DNA of 63,076 nucleotides from Ancylonema sp. (lineage: Eukaryota): NCBI GenBank assembly GCA_050230475.1, contig JBFLGF010000078.1:1-63076 (forward strand), written 5' to 3'. Under the pieces are notes generated by a model, which saw nothing but the letters and a program-made list of their open reading frames with translations, ran no database searches and was not told the origin of the DNA. Both the position numbers and the translations under genes were made by a program. Shown piece after piece: positions 12,032 to 25,122 of the stretch. Numbering within the stretch: the stretch's first letter is position 1; every line of letters begins with the position of its first letter.

Positions 12032-15000
12032 ATCGAAGCCATGGATCCCGCTTGAAGTGCCCGCACAGCTACTGCTTATTTATTGCGAGAGGCGTAGACA
12101 TATAGAGTAGACCTTGTGAGAATTGTTGCCAGGTGGTGTTTGCTGTTCAGCGTTGCGGGGTCTTTAGAATCGGTGGATACACACGAGACTGTTTCGCAAT
12201 TTGAAACTTCATTCATCCGCACTTTACTAAACATTATGCGACCACCTTGGCACTGAAGGGCAAAGATTGAGCAGCAATGATGGGTGCTGCCACAGATGTA
12301 GGTTGAGTGAGAAGCATCGCGTCGCTGCCATCGACAGGAGTGGTAGTGCACCTTGAAAGGTGTCTGTAAAGGACCTACTGCATGTAAACACATTTCTTCC
12401 TCGACTGTACAAGAGTGAATGTTGGAGCTTCGAACACACCGAAAGTTTGCCAGAAAATAGATCAATCTATGCCAAGCGAGCTAGTGTCGAATCCAGATGC
12501 TTCAGCGAGCTGATCCAAGCCTTGTTCGCCTGATAGCACCTGGGGGGATGGAAAAAACAATGCTTACGTGAAATAATGATGGGAATTTACCGCTGTACCT
12601 CACCTTAATATGACAGCCATCCTACATGTTCGATGGCCCATCCAAATATTTGGGTAAAAGTCTGAGGCAAACGAGTGCACAATCATCAAAAGAATGTCGA
12701 ATACGAATAGTTTCTGCATCATCCCGCGGTGCCATCTCACCCATTTGTGGGCGGAGTGGTAGGTCATCGGCCTGTGGTGCATACTCCGTTTTGGGCACGA
12801 GATGAATGGCAACTGGTATGCCTGGGGTCAGCAACCAGCTGCATATATTACTGCGTGGCGAACATTTGCCAATGATGTTAAGGCCAGCACACGTCGCACG
12901 GCACTGCTGTGGTCACCCAACCAAGCCTCGGAGTATCCCTTCGGGCAGCAGCCGTGAGTTTCTCAAATATTGGCTAAGAATGTCGAGAAGTGTCAGGGCT
13001 GGCAAGGCGGAAACACATTCATAATTACAAATACATTGAAATAGACAGATCAGTCGTTTGACGGACGAATTTGGAGCACAGTGGGCAGCTGGACGTGGAC
13101 GCAGGCATTGATGTCATGATACCAGTTTTCTCCGCTGTATCTTCACAAGCTGGGCATCGCAAATGATCGAAGACACCCAGAAAGGCACGGCTTTCTTTCC
13201 AGGTACTCCCCTGCCCGTGGCACCGCCGATTACAACGCCATGGATACAAACAACGACGGATTGGTGGACATGCACGACGATCCTTACACACCGTTTTGGC
13301 CTGGGGACGAGTATGTGGACTGGGTGGGGCTATCGCTGGAATACTTTGGGCTCTTCAATCTCAAGAATTCGCTGCCGATTCCTCAAGAGTTCTACAACAA
13401 GGTAAGGGGAGGGGACGGCGGGTCATTGGCGGGCGAAGGGACTCGAGTATATCATCCAGTCACACTCCTGGTGGTATGGAAGTTTGTGTACGGAAAAATT
13501 GCAATTTGGGTCGTCGATGAGTGCAACCCGACAACATCGACCTACAATAAAAGTCAAGTTAAAATAACGTCCTGTTGTGATGTGTGTTTTCTGAGCTGCG
13601 GGCATGGCCGGTTTGTGGGAATATCGATACCAGAGTATTCAATTGCATGATGGCCAGCAGCCTCTAGCCGCCCTAAAAGCTCATCAGTGGTCCCACCGCG
13701 CTCCCCCACCAATCCTGAGATGAAATCTCGATCACACACAACAGAGTCGATAGATGTGTCTCGACCGCTTTCAGATCACGGGAAACTACAACGGCCCAGA
13801 GGGCGACTGTCGAGCCGTTCCGGACTTCTATGCGATGTTCAGCGGACCCTCCAGCGCGCATCAGAAGCCGATGGCTATCTCCGAGACGGGGTTGGGGTTT
13901 GATGTGATGAATCGAGGGAAGGGGCCGTCGGAGCTCGATGCTAAGTCGGCATGGTGGCACCAGGTGTTCTGTTCTGGGGGTAAGGGATTACCCGAGTGAC
14001 GTCGATGAATCTTATGTGCCCACTATTTAAGGCAGTCCTCGCACGCTCTCGAATCAGAACTCAAGTCACGAAATCGTAACAAGGTAAATGAGATCGCCAT
14101 TGCTAAACCTTGCAGGCAACACTTCGGCAGCTGTCGACGTTAGCGTCTACATGCCATACATCAAAATGATCAGTTGGTTGGATCAACAAAAGACAGAAGG
14201 ATCGTTCTCTGGAGACAATGTGAGTTGGTCACTGTCGAGCAGCGAATCGGTGGCCTCGGCATTCAACTCTTACATCGTTCAATCGAACAGCGCCAAGAAG
14301 TACTGGCTGCGTAGCGCAGAATTTTCATTGGCAACAAATGGCATCTATTTGTCGACCTCAGGCGTCGGGTCAGAGACGCCGCCGTCGGCTCTGCCTTTCA
14401 ACCAGATACCAACAGGGGGAGCCGTGGATTTGGGTAGGTGCGACTGGACGATGGTGGCCCCTGAAACGCTTCTCTTCGTCATTCTGGGGTTCATGATGTT
14501 GGTTTAGATCGAAGCCATGGATCCCGCTTGAAGTGCCCGCACAGCTACTGCTTATTTATTGCGAGAGGCGTAGACATATAGAGTAGACCTTGTGAGAATT
14601 GTTGCCAGGTGGTGTTTGCTGTTCAGCGTTGCGGGGTCTTTAGAATCGGTGGATACACACGAGACTGTTTCGCAATTTGAAACTTCATTCATCCGCACTT
14701 TACTAAACATTATGCGACCACCTTGGCACTGAAGGGCAAAGATTGAGCAGCAATGATGGGTGCTGCCACAGATGTAGGTTGAGTGAGAAGCATCGCGTCG
14801 CTGCCATCGACAGGAGTGGTAGTGCACCTTGAAAGGTGTCTGTAAAGGACCTACTGCATGTAAACACATTTCTTCCTCGACTGTACAAGAGTGAATGTTG
14901 GAGCTTCGAACACACCGAAAGTTTGCCAGAAAATAGATCAATCTATGCCAAGCGAGCTAGTGTCGAATCCAGATGCTTCAGCGAGCTGATCCAAGCCTTG

Positions 15001-15036
15001 TTCGCCTGATAGCACCTGGGGGGATGGAAAAAACAA
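10037..15036. repeat. Tandem ~2.5-kb duplication (10037-12560 / 12561-15036)
   Basis: The second unit restarts at TGCTTACGTG. The 3' ~1 kb appears identical at offset 2476, while the 5' ~1.5 kb is diverged with indels. Confidence 0.9.
12763..14507 (+). pseudogene. Partial GH26 copy (exons 3-6 only; allele or paralogue)
   Basis: LRFGHEMNGNWYAWGQQP, DTNNDGLVDMHDDPY and AISETG are intact, but the signal-peptide exon and exon 2 are absent from this unit. Confidence 0.7.
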
Positions 15037-16914
15037 CAACAAATGACAAATGACAAATAAAAAAAGGAATATGCATACATTTTTTATCAATAACAGACCT
15101 CCACGTGCAACTGGAGGTCCGCCACGGCCTACTTTCATGCGAGTATGCGAGTATGCGAGTATGCGAGTATGCGAGTATGCGAGTATGTGAGAGGAGAGGG
15201 GGTTCCCAACCTGTCCCTTCACAACCCAGGTGGGAAAGCCCTGAATGTCGGCCTCCTTGCAAGCAGCTGCGATCTCAATCCCGCTCCTAAACCCCTCCGG
15301 GTAGCACTCCACGTAGGCCACGTACTCCATGGCCTGCCGCCCAAACATCTGGAAAGGGCACAAGGACACTCAGACACAGGAGGACTGCCCCCATCCCCCA
15401 TCCCCCATCCTCCATCCTCTTACCTGTTTCTGTTCGTAGCAATGGGAGCACCAGAAGGCTCCGTACATGCGCGCGCCCACTGCCTGTAGGTGCTTGGCCA
15501 GAGATAGGACGGGGGCGGGGGACTCTGTGGTCACTGCGGGCTCCACCGGCAGGAGATCAATGGCGCCCTGACTGCAGCCACAGCCGGATGGGAGGTGTGA
15601 GAGGGTGAGAGGGGCGCAGTGCGGGTCTCTCACCCCACCCTCACCCTGCCTGGGCCGACCTGACATCGCCAAACGCCACGGAGAGCCCCAGAATGACAGC
15701 TGGTGCCAACCCTGCCTGCGGCACCAGCGCAGCCTTCACCTCCTCCTTGCTCAGCCCTTGGTAGGCCAGCAGCAGCAGGCTGAGGGACAGGGCGGCCGAC
15801 GCAAAACAGTAGAGGCAGAAGGTGGCGCCCAGCTGCGGGGTGAGGATGAAGAGGAGGTACGCACTGGTGGCGCTGAGGACAGAGGTGGCCCCCAGGACCA
15901 ACCACTTGGCGGGACGGAGAGCCAGCGCAGCGGTGAGGCCGTAGGCGAAGCAGCCGTAGAGGGAGAGGGGCACCCCCAGGAGGGTTCCCCAGGGGCTGTC
16001 CAGCACACTGCCACACGACCCCCTGGCACGCCACAGACCCGCCTGTGATCTTCTGGAAGGCGAGGTAGGCAGTGCCCACCACGCCAAAGGAGGCAAGGAA
16101 CACAATGCCGCTGTAGCTGGCGGATGGGATGAGGCGAGGCAGAGGGGGAGGGGTGCCTCGGCTGTCAGACTCGCTTTCTGACAGTGAAAGAGACTCCCCC
16201 TCAGAAAGCATGACCCAGTCAGCCACAGTGAAGATGTCACAGGAGAGGATGAGTCCGTTTGGGGGGGAGAAATTGGTGAGAGAGTGGGAGGTGACGAAGG
16301 GTGTGAACAGGCAGAGGGGCCGGAAGAAGACTGGGATTCGGAGGTACAGTCGGTGAAAGAGTGGTGGTCTGTATCTGAATCTGTATCTGTATCTGATTCT
16401 TGCGAATGGGAATCGTGACTGTCCGCATCCGAGGTGTCGACGACAGCGCATGGGCATCGCCCCTCTCGCGAGATCCTTGTGGGAGAAAAGCAGAAATTCC
16501 TAGCGTGTTGGATTCGATGGACGCCATATCTTCGTGCTCCACGTGTTTGAAAGACGGTTGTGGAACACTGGGGCCGAGTGTAAGACCTTCCAGGCTGCGC
16601 GCAGGATGGTAGGAGGGATGGAGTGAGGCACAATCTCCGGCTATCCAAACAGGCACGCCTGCCACTCAGGGCATCCACGTCACCACGCCACCACGTCGAC
16701 CTTGCATCAGGACAACTCAAAATCACTTCACAGTGAAGGTCGAATGGATTGTGTAGAATTGCCGAACAAATAGTCTACACACATTTGTTGTACGTGGGGC
16801 CGGTATTCTGCGCGATGTTACTTGACTTACCCATGTGCTCCTGATATGCGATTTAGGTGTCGATCCCAGATTAATCGACACCGCAAGAGCCATCAGACCC
16901 GCAGCAATAGCCAT
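14938..16914 (-). CDS. LTO1: Lumen thiol oxidoreductase 1 (VKOR + thioredoxin-like)
   Basis: VKOR domain (TAYL..C..SCGSVLDSPWGTLLGVPLSLYG..FCLYCFASA) followed by a Trx-like domain (GARMYGAFWCSHCYEQKQ/MFG..YVEC..ACKEADIQGFPTW..G/VLSGEQ.LDQLA). Apparent frameshift in a homopolymer at 16019-16023. 5' exon structure uncertain (candidate ATG 16914). Confidence 0.85.
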
Positions 16915-17514
16915 AGATTAACACTCGACCTTCATGTGATACCGGTAAACATGATGTGTTGCTTTTCTGATGAGATGATTGTCAATTGATAATTGGCTCC
17001 GACAATTGTTTCGCGACAGCGTCAGACAGATACGCACCGATGCGCAGCGCTCCTGCTTTTCCTTATCGTGTGGTCTCGTGGGGATGTGGACCTGACAACT
17101 TGACATCCACACAGCAAGTATGCGAAGTTTTTATGAGAGGTTGCGCACTAGTTGCGGGGATTGGGAAGTGTTGGGAAGGTAACCGGCATCGTTATACGCT
17201 CGTGAAGTGAGTCAAAGGTTGCTGAGCTGGACATTACAGCATGATGAGAATCCAGGTCGGATTCACATGTCAGATATCAGTTGCCACGTCGGAGCAGATC
17301 TTGCACCAAAATTGCGCTCCTATCCCCGCAAATTTTGCTTGAAGCTTATGCAGGGCTCTGTAAACTATTACCACTGGAGCCGTATCCTGCAGTCCACCGA
17401 TCTCCAGGCCATTCAGCTGTTTGAAGCCTACAGAGAACAATTTGCATCTCTACGACTGAATCGTTTTACATTTGTGCTGTATCTGCGAAGGTGTATCTGG
17501 CAAACGCCTGTGCG

Positions 17515-19129
17515 ATGGCAATTTCTGCAGCGCTGGCATCTCATGCCGCTGCCATTAATCTCACTGCATGTTCTACGCGCGAAGCGTCAGGACATCTGGC
17601 TCAACGTCCCCGGCACATAATTCTCATTTCTAAGTTTAGAGGTAAATTTTCAGGTTAATAAAGATGTGGCTTAATCTTTACAGTATCCGAAAGCACACAG
17701 TACTGCTTTTGGTAGCACAGCTGCAGCATATTTGAAGTGCTGCTCCTTAGGTCTCTTAACATTGGCCCGGTGTAATCTTAGTTCTACGCTTGTTTTTGTG
17801 GGAAATCATAGGAGTAGCCACTTACAGATTTGACTGGAGCACTGTATCATACCTAGTACTTATTGTTAAAGAGTCGCTGTAAAAAGCACATCTCTAGCCT
17901 GGCATTCGTGGGCTCCGTCTGTTGACTTTCATCGACATCTGACGAAGGACGAGTGTATCCTACGTCCCAATATCATGTGTCATGGAATTACGAATTGCTT
18001 TTTTGGGGTGCCAACATAATGTGTAGCCTCGTCTTTGCCAGCTCGTATCGTCGCTTCTGTTGCAGTCAAACTGTGATCAGCCTTCAGAAGTATTCAGTTC
18101 ACACATGCTTTGTCACATAATTCGTGTTTGAGCTCCCTCAGGTCACTGGAGACAACAATCTGCAGCTGCTGCTCTCGGGGCTGCACCTGTGGCTGCCAGG
18201 TGGAGCGCTTGGTTCAAGTTTGGGAGCAATGGCATGGATTCCACTGGAGCTGGGATTTATGGGAGCCAGACCAGGGACGATTTTGACCGAGATGACGTTG
18301 AGCAGGTGAGAATAGAGGCAGGAGAAGTTTACAAAGTATTCCTGCCCATGCACCTGTATGTCCTATCAGCAAATCCACAGGAAAGCTTGTAAAAGGTTAT
18401 GGTTTGTACACTGGCACAAATACACGTCCACGGATACAGCTGCTCATGCAATTGCAGAATGTACAAAGTTACCGACATATCCATTTCTGTAGTGTATTCC
18501 AGATTATTTCTCCATCACAAAACACAAATCACAAAATTCAATATACTCTTGTGTAGGTTTCTTAGCCAAACGTTTGAAGTGCACAAATTTGCCTCAAATA
18601 GTAAAACTAAATATTGAATTGCAAAGTTGGTGTCAGGCTTGGGGTTTAATAGGTGGGCAATATAGTCCTAAGGTCCAAGGTGGAGAGATTGGGAGGTGCT
18701 TCTGAATGACGCGCAACGCTGCAGGCGTGTGCACGATCTCACTCAGATGCAGAAATGAACCGCACCAGCCACGGTCACCTTAGAAGGGGTTACAATTCAC
18801 CACAGGACAACTCCTCTTTTGGGCACAATTGGCGTCTGATCATTGACTCGCTCTGTTTGCCACCTCTGCAGTACTTCAACTACATGGGAATGCTAGCAAC
18901 AAACGGGTCGTATGACGCCATGGAAGCTCTGCTCGAAACCGGCATTCCACCAGTGGACCTGCTCCTTCTCATGGCTGCCTCGGAGGGGGATCGGCCGAAG
19001 ATCGAGGAGCTCCTTCGAGCAGGTGCGGTTGCAGATGTGAAGGATGATGAGGGACGGACAGCGGCAGATCGAGCAGCCAATGAGGACATCAAGAGATTGA
19101 TATTGGGGGGGGCAAAGGCGTTGGCTTGA
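17515..19129 (+). CDS. LTD: LHCP translocation defect protein (ankyrin-repeat, plastid)
   Basis: Exons 17515-17641, 18142-18305 and 18872-19129 join in frame. WFKFGSNGMD..GAGIYGSQTRDDFDRDDVEQ|YFNYMGMLA..GSYDAMEALL..DLLLLMAASEGDRPKIEELLRAGA. Confidence 0.92.
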
Positions 19130-19775
19130 CACCCTTATCGAGTAGGCAGCAAGGCAGCAAGGTAGCAAGGGAGGGCATCATGTCGGGAGTTGGGAGTTGC
19201 CAACAATCACTCACATCTCGAAAGTCGATGATGCTGCATACTCTATTTTGCTGGCATGCACTCTTAAATTGTTGTGATACAGGGATTTAGACACAATGGT
19301 GCATAGAAGGTATCTACAGTACCTTGAGTTCTTATACGTTCATCAGTCCTATCGAGATGACTTTTACAATTTGTTGTACTACCAGTATTTATCCTTCAAT
19401 TCAATACCAAGGTGCAGAATTCTGTACCTCGGTATGATCGATGGTTGGTGATCGGTGAGAACCAGCAAATTCTCACACACTAAAAGTTGGTATCAACTGC
19501 GTGAATCCTATAAGGAAAGGAAACAATGGAACAACGGCAATTGAAAGCACAAGATTGACTCATTGTATGGTTTTGTTACCACAATTTAAACCATCACATC
19601 CAAACAATGAATATGATCAGGTTTTCATTGAATTGCCCAGATCTGTGCTGTGGCGTTCGCAATTACCCACGCTAGTCGTGTGATCACAACACACAACACA
19701 CAAAAACAATGCTAAATCAAGGACACCTTCCCGACCATTATCTGAGATGGTTGCTTGTTGGCTGCTCTATCACGA

Positions 19776-20618
19776 CTATGTCATCATGGCAATGGTTTTG
19801 CTAGCGTGTGGGAATTCCTTCAACAGGCCCTCGCTTGTAGCCATCTCAAAGTCTGGAAACTCAAATCCTGGGGCAACAGTACATCCCACAAGCGAGTAAC
19901 TTGTGTCAGGATTCCGCAGTTCCGATTTTTTAGTCTCCCCATCCTCTTCCCAGTCCCGAGTGGAATACGATCCAAACCAGTTATGAGGTGGCACCACATA
20001 CTGCATCGTCTGGCCGGCGGCTATGACTTGGCCAAGTATAGTGCGCTTTACCTCCCCATTGGGCAGAATTTCAAGCACCTAAGAGAAAATCAAAGGTAAG
20101 GGGGAAAAAGTAAGGAGATGAATTCCAAACTCTGATAAGGCAAAATTCATGAAAAGCAGTGGAACGAAATGGCCTTTCCTCAACAACTTCATATTCAACA
20201 CCCCTGGCTCAGTGCCCTTCACGTTCCCCCTCACTAGAGGATAAGGCATTTCGATCCCTCCTTACAGTCAAGGGGTCCCCCAGGTAGAAGTGCCACACTT
20301 CGGCTTGGGGTATGCGGTGGAGCTTAGACAAGCTGCCACCTGGCACCAGGAGGTAGATTGCAGTGCTCACAGCACTGTGGCTCGCCTTGTCTGAAAGGGC
20401 AGGGAAGAGGCAGAAAGCATTTACATCATGCACGCAGATGTACAGGCAGAGATGGCAGATATGGTGTGAGGGGATGGGAGTTTACAGCCGCTTGGGAGAG
20501 TTTCCAAGGGCAATCCACAAGAGGTGTCTCGAAGGGTCTCGGTAAAAAATCCGCCCTCAGGGTGGGGCTGCAGGTTAAGGTGTGACACGAGGTCGGAGAT
20601 GGATGGAGGGGGGGCCAT
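19776..20618 (-). CDS. Cupin_5 / DUF985 family protein
   Basis: Three segments separated by introns: LNLQPHPEGGFFTET; AVSTAIYLL..SKLHRIPQAEVWHFYLGDPL; QYVVPPHNWFGS..SLVGCTVAPGFEFPDFE. Confidence 0.9.
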
Positions 20619-20692
20619 AGAGGAACTGAAAAGAGGAAGCAAGGGGTGGAGACTGTGAGAAGTCTGATTTGTTCCTCAGCTTGGGGTGGAAG

Positions 20693-21888
20693 ACGGGCGA
20701 AGTTCCAAATGTCAGGGTTGGGAGGTGAGAGAAGGGGCCAGTACGACTATTGCCGCAATTAAATACGATAGCGGTTCTTTATATGAGCATCAAATATATG
20801 GCTTTCGCTGCCTCCAGAATCCGCTGATCAGCAAGACACTGGATCCAAATCATTCGTTACCCCTCGAACCGTCTCCACTAAGGATAACGATGTCATTTAA
20901 GCAGGCTGCACTACATTCCACTTTCCGTCGTCTATTATTTTATCGGATCTCCCTTCGACTTGTTGTCTTGTTTGGCCCACATAATGCCAAGCAAAATACG
21001 CTACGTGGCGGTGTTACAGGCATATCCTCTTTTTTCACATATTGACAGATGTGTGCCGCTGTGGTGGCCACTTCCCCTCGGTTCATAACGTTCATTAATG
21101 GACACAAATTTCGGTATTAACCTCCATTCCGGGTTTATGGAATCAGCTGCATTCCAACAAGCCGATATTAGGGTCACGGACTTACGAAAAATCTCGAATT
21201 AGAAGCAAATGTGGTCCTTGTACGCAAATCTTGTCCAACGCTGTCCTTCCTCAGATGGCATTCAGCTGCTTTTGCCTATCAGGGCCAGCCTGCGCAAACT
21301 TGCCGTGCGACTGTGGTGAGTGGACAGCCTAGGACTGAAAGCCGTGGCATCGTTCTCGATCCCCAGCCCGAGCTGGCCGTCNACGGGCGAAGTTCCAAAT
21401 GTCAGGGTTGGGAGGTGAGAGAAGGGGCCAGTACGACTATTGCCGCAATTAAATACGATAGCGGTTCTTTATATGAGCATCAAATATATGGCTTTCGCTG
21501 CCTCCAGAATCCGCTGATCAGCAAGACACTGGATCCAAATCATTCGTTACCCCTCGAACCGTCTCCACTAAGGATAACGATGTCATTTAAGCAGGCTGCA
21601 CTACATTCCACTTTCCGTCGTCTATTATTTTATCGGATCTCCCTTCGACTTGTTGTCTTGTTTGGCCCACATAATGCCAAGCAAAATACGCTACGTGGCG
21701 GTGTTACAGGCATATCCTCTTTTTTCACATATTGACAGATGTGTGCCGCTGTGGTGGCCACTTCCCCTCGGTTCATAACGTTCATTAATGGACACAAATT
21801 TCGGTATTAACCTCCATTCCGGGTTTATGGAATCAGCTGCATTCCAACAAGCCGATATTAGGGTCACGGACTTACGAAAAATCTCGAA
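20693..21888. repeat. 506-bp direct duplication (20693-21198 / 21383-21888)
   Basis: Copies appear identical and the second is bounded by N at 21382 and 21889. Likely a scaffolding artefact. Confidence 0.85.
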
Positions 21889-21889
21889 N

Positions 21890-23090
21890 AGAGCCTTTAG
21901 CTGGCATTATATTATACTGCAAAAAAGCGCATGATCATCGCTCGCTCCAACGACCGCTACAATATCCTGAAGAAGTCCTCTCAACATGCAGCGGTTGAAA
22001 AGAAGCTCTCCAAAAGTCGGTGCGAGACGACGACACCGAGTTCCAGACGACGAATTATGGAGCTGCTCATGGTGCTGCCGCCCTCGTGGAAACCGACAGG
22101 ATTCTCATGAAGCGGTTCGAAGTGCTATGGGCTCAGCGCGCCGCTGAAACCAAGTCGAGAGGGGGAGGAGATGATCGTCGATCCCAGGCATCAAAACAAA
22201 AATCTGCCGATGTTATCTGCTATTCCTGTGGCGCAAAATGCCGTTACGCCAAGGGTTGTCGATCCCGCAGCGAGACTTGCGGAATCTGCAACATCCGGGG
22301 GCACCTGGAAACAGCCTGTCGAAAAAAGAAGTGGAGACTGGTGCCCCTGGCGGAACCTCCGGGAATCACTCGATACTTTCGGCGGCGAGATCATGGTGGG
22401 CGAGGTCACCCTGTCAACTCCATCTCCTGCCAATAAGAAGGACTGGCTTGGTGACTCTGGCTCTACTCCACACCTGGCAACGGCTGTAGCCGACTTCTCC
22501 TCTCTTTCCACCCTCCTTGTCCCTCTGCTCATCACTCAAGTGGAGGGCTTAGTCGTCGTAAAACAGTGGGGAACAGTGTTTCATGTTTCATGTTTTTTTT
22601 CATTTTTCAAAACCATCCTTGAGCTTCGGGAGACCCTTCATGTCCATGATTTGCAAACAAATGTCCTATCGATGTCGATGCAGCGGCTGCGCAACGCGAA
22701 AGACGTCTCTGTGTACGATGAGCGGCCTGGAAAATTGGTCATCAAGAATCGATGTGCAGATGGCACTCTCCAACAAGTTGCTCCTCATGTCGAAGAGCCC
22801 TACCTACCATCCGACTCTGAATTGTTCAGTGGTTCATCCTGTTCTTCTTGTACTTTCCTCCGAGATTCTTGTTGCAAAGCTTACCTTCGACTTGTTGCAC
22901 CGTTTTCTTGGTCATAGTGGCGCCAGTGCTCTTCAAAGTTTCATCAAGTTTAAACTGGTCGATGGCGTCGATGTTGTCAAGGGGCAACTCTCAACCTGCC
23001 ACCCCTGTCAACCTCCCATCCCTCTATCTCCCCGGACCATGGCATCACTCGGCCTTTGGAGCTGGTCGTCATGATTTGGATTGGAAAGAA
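21890..23090 (+). mobile_element. Degenerate Ty1/copia gag-protease-pre-integrase fragment
   Basis: Zinc knuckles (CYSCGAKC..; CGICNIRGHLETAC), copia protease WLGDSGSTPHL, and GAG-pre-integrase LLHRFLGH..C..C. Multiple frameshifts. Confidence 0.85.
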
Positions 23091-24194
23091 GACCTCCATT
23101 CTCAAGCTTCGGGCCAGTGACGTTTCGTGTGAAGTGTGTAGTTGTGCCTATGCCGATAGGTCCTCTAAATAATTGTCGACGTTTGTCGACGTGTGTGCCA
23201 AATATCGATATTTCATCATTTGCCAATTGGCACGTTTTTGCTGTGTTAGATCGACTGTAGAATTATCGACATTTTTTTCTGCACGGCACCCTGTTGGTAA
23301 ATAGTGATAACATGGCCGAATAGTCGGCGCCGCAAAACATAAAATTTGGTGGATTCGTTGAATCTCATTTTGCAATCGATCCAGAACTATACTTGAACCG
23401 AGGCGAAGTTCTGTCTAATCATTTCTCATCAAAAATTTCGACTTGCTCGTGCTGTAACTGAATTTGATGACTTGTGCCTGTTTTTGTTATTCGACAATAA
23501 TCACCTTCGCTACGTTGCAGCCATTCGATGGCTCAGAATTATAATTATGAGGTCATCCTCGNAGTGAGCGGACACATGTGAGGAGGAGTCGATACATCGA
23601 AAGTTTCGCCCGTGTGAGTGACACGTGGCGATTTGATTTGTTTTATTGATGGTTGTCGTGCCATCTAGCAACGTGCTATAGTCTCACGTGCGATTCATCA
23701 ATTATAACGAACATTGTCGTAATATGCGTTTGACACGTGCGAATTTTTATCTCTCGCTCAACATGGATTTACACACATGGAGACATGACCTAGTCGAGGT
23801 CCAATACACATGCGCACTTGATAATATCAACCATTGCAATCACATCTCACGTGTATACAACGTGGCAACATATTTTTTCTAGTCTACCTATGGCAAGGCT
23901 TTGCCTTCGGCCTGGACGTCAAGTGCTCGACGCTTGTAAGGCGTATAAGAGTGCATTACCCAATCAATCCATACTAAAGTTGAAATCGAACTCAAAATGC
24001 TTTTGGATTCATACAAGCTAAAATCTAGCCGAACTCACATACAAATTACACAAGGATTTGGGTAATGATTTCAGCGGCGGTTCCCGAGGCGTACAAAGAC
24101 ATGTTAAGGTCTAAGTACAAAAGTTACCAAGTATGCATTGGAAAGCTCCTTTCCGATCAGCGTCTTTTTGCAACGCCTTTGAGCTGGCCGCCAC

Positions 24195-24330
24195 ACCGAC
24201 ATACTTGCTACGATATTCCTAGCCAAGTATTCTACTGGCTACGTCACGTATATCGCTACTGCAGCTAGATGCAATGCATGGCTGCCACAGAGCTTCTCCT
24301 GTCGTACAGCTGCATTACTGGCTTCCACCA
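24195..24330 (+). repeat. Dispersed repeat, homologous to ~43120-43252
   Basis: Shared collinear blocks CCGACATACTTGCTAC..CTAGCCAA..ACGTCAC.TATATC..CAATGCATGGCTGCCA.AGAG..TCTCCTG..TGGCTTCC. Confidence 0.7.
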
Positions 24331-25122
24331 TGAATCGCATAGGATACATGAAAGGACAGAATGTATCTACCAAAAAATTGTTGCTATCGTAACAAGTACT
24401 TCCTAGACACACAAGCTTCGGACGTGGATGTCTACTTTACCGCACATTGTATGGGAAACGTATGTATTCCTACAACTGCTCAGTAACGTGTTGTCCGCAA
24501 GCTTGGCGGCAAGTTCTAGCGAGTATGGTGCCGTGAACGGTGGAGCAATTGTAACGTTCATTACCAACTAAGGCCTTCGGTCGTCAATCGAAACTAATAA
24601 TGAGAAATACGTCTGTCCGGACACGTGTCAATGGAAACGTCATTGCGAAAAACCCACACATGTGTCAAACATGGCTAAAGAACGAAAATGCCGCACCGGC
24701 CTTATTCTACCGTATACGCACATTTCACCGTATAAGCTCATTTCACCATATAGGCATATTTATCGTTTTAGGCTCATTCACTCGTTTAGGCACAATATAT
24801 CCTCATATAGGCACACGATCGATTATTGTCCGACATGGCGTTGCACGTCTGAGAGGGACACGACAGCACGACATGGGGAAAATCCCAGAAGACTTTCTTT
24901 AGTCGGTGAATTGTATGCAATCTGAATGAAATTGTATTTTTTTCGGAGCGAATCAAAACTGCGCGCGCGTATCTCTCACGTTCGGATACGCTCAATGGAC
25001 AGAGGAAACAGTAGTCTCGTGCAACACTACGGAGTCCCAGGTCAACATAGAAGCCGTCGCCCTGCTGATCTCAGCTTCACCCCGCGACCATTTGGATTTA
25101 GGGCCTCTTGTGCGTCAGCGCC

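Noticed and set aside
20693..21888. Direct repeats as LTRs of the adjacent copia relic
   Set aside because: No TG..CA ends, both copies lie on the same side of the coding relic, and the second is delimited by Ns; assembly artefact is more likely.
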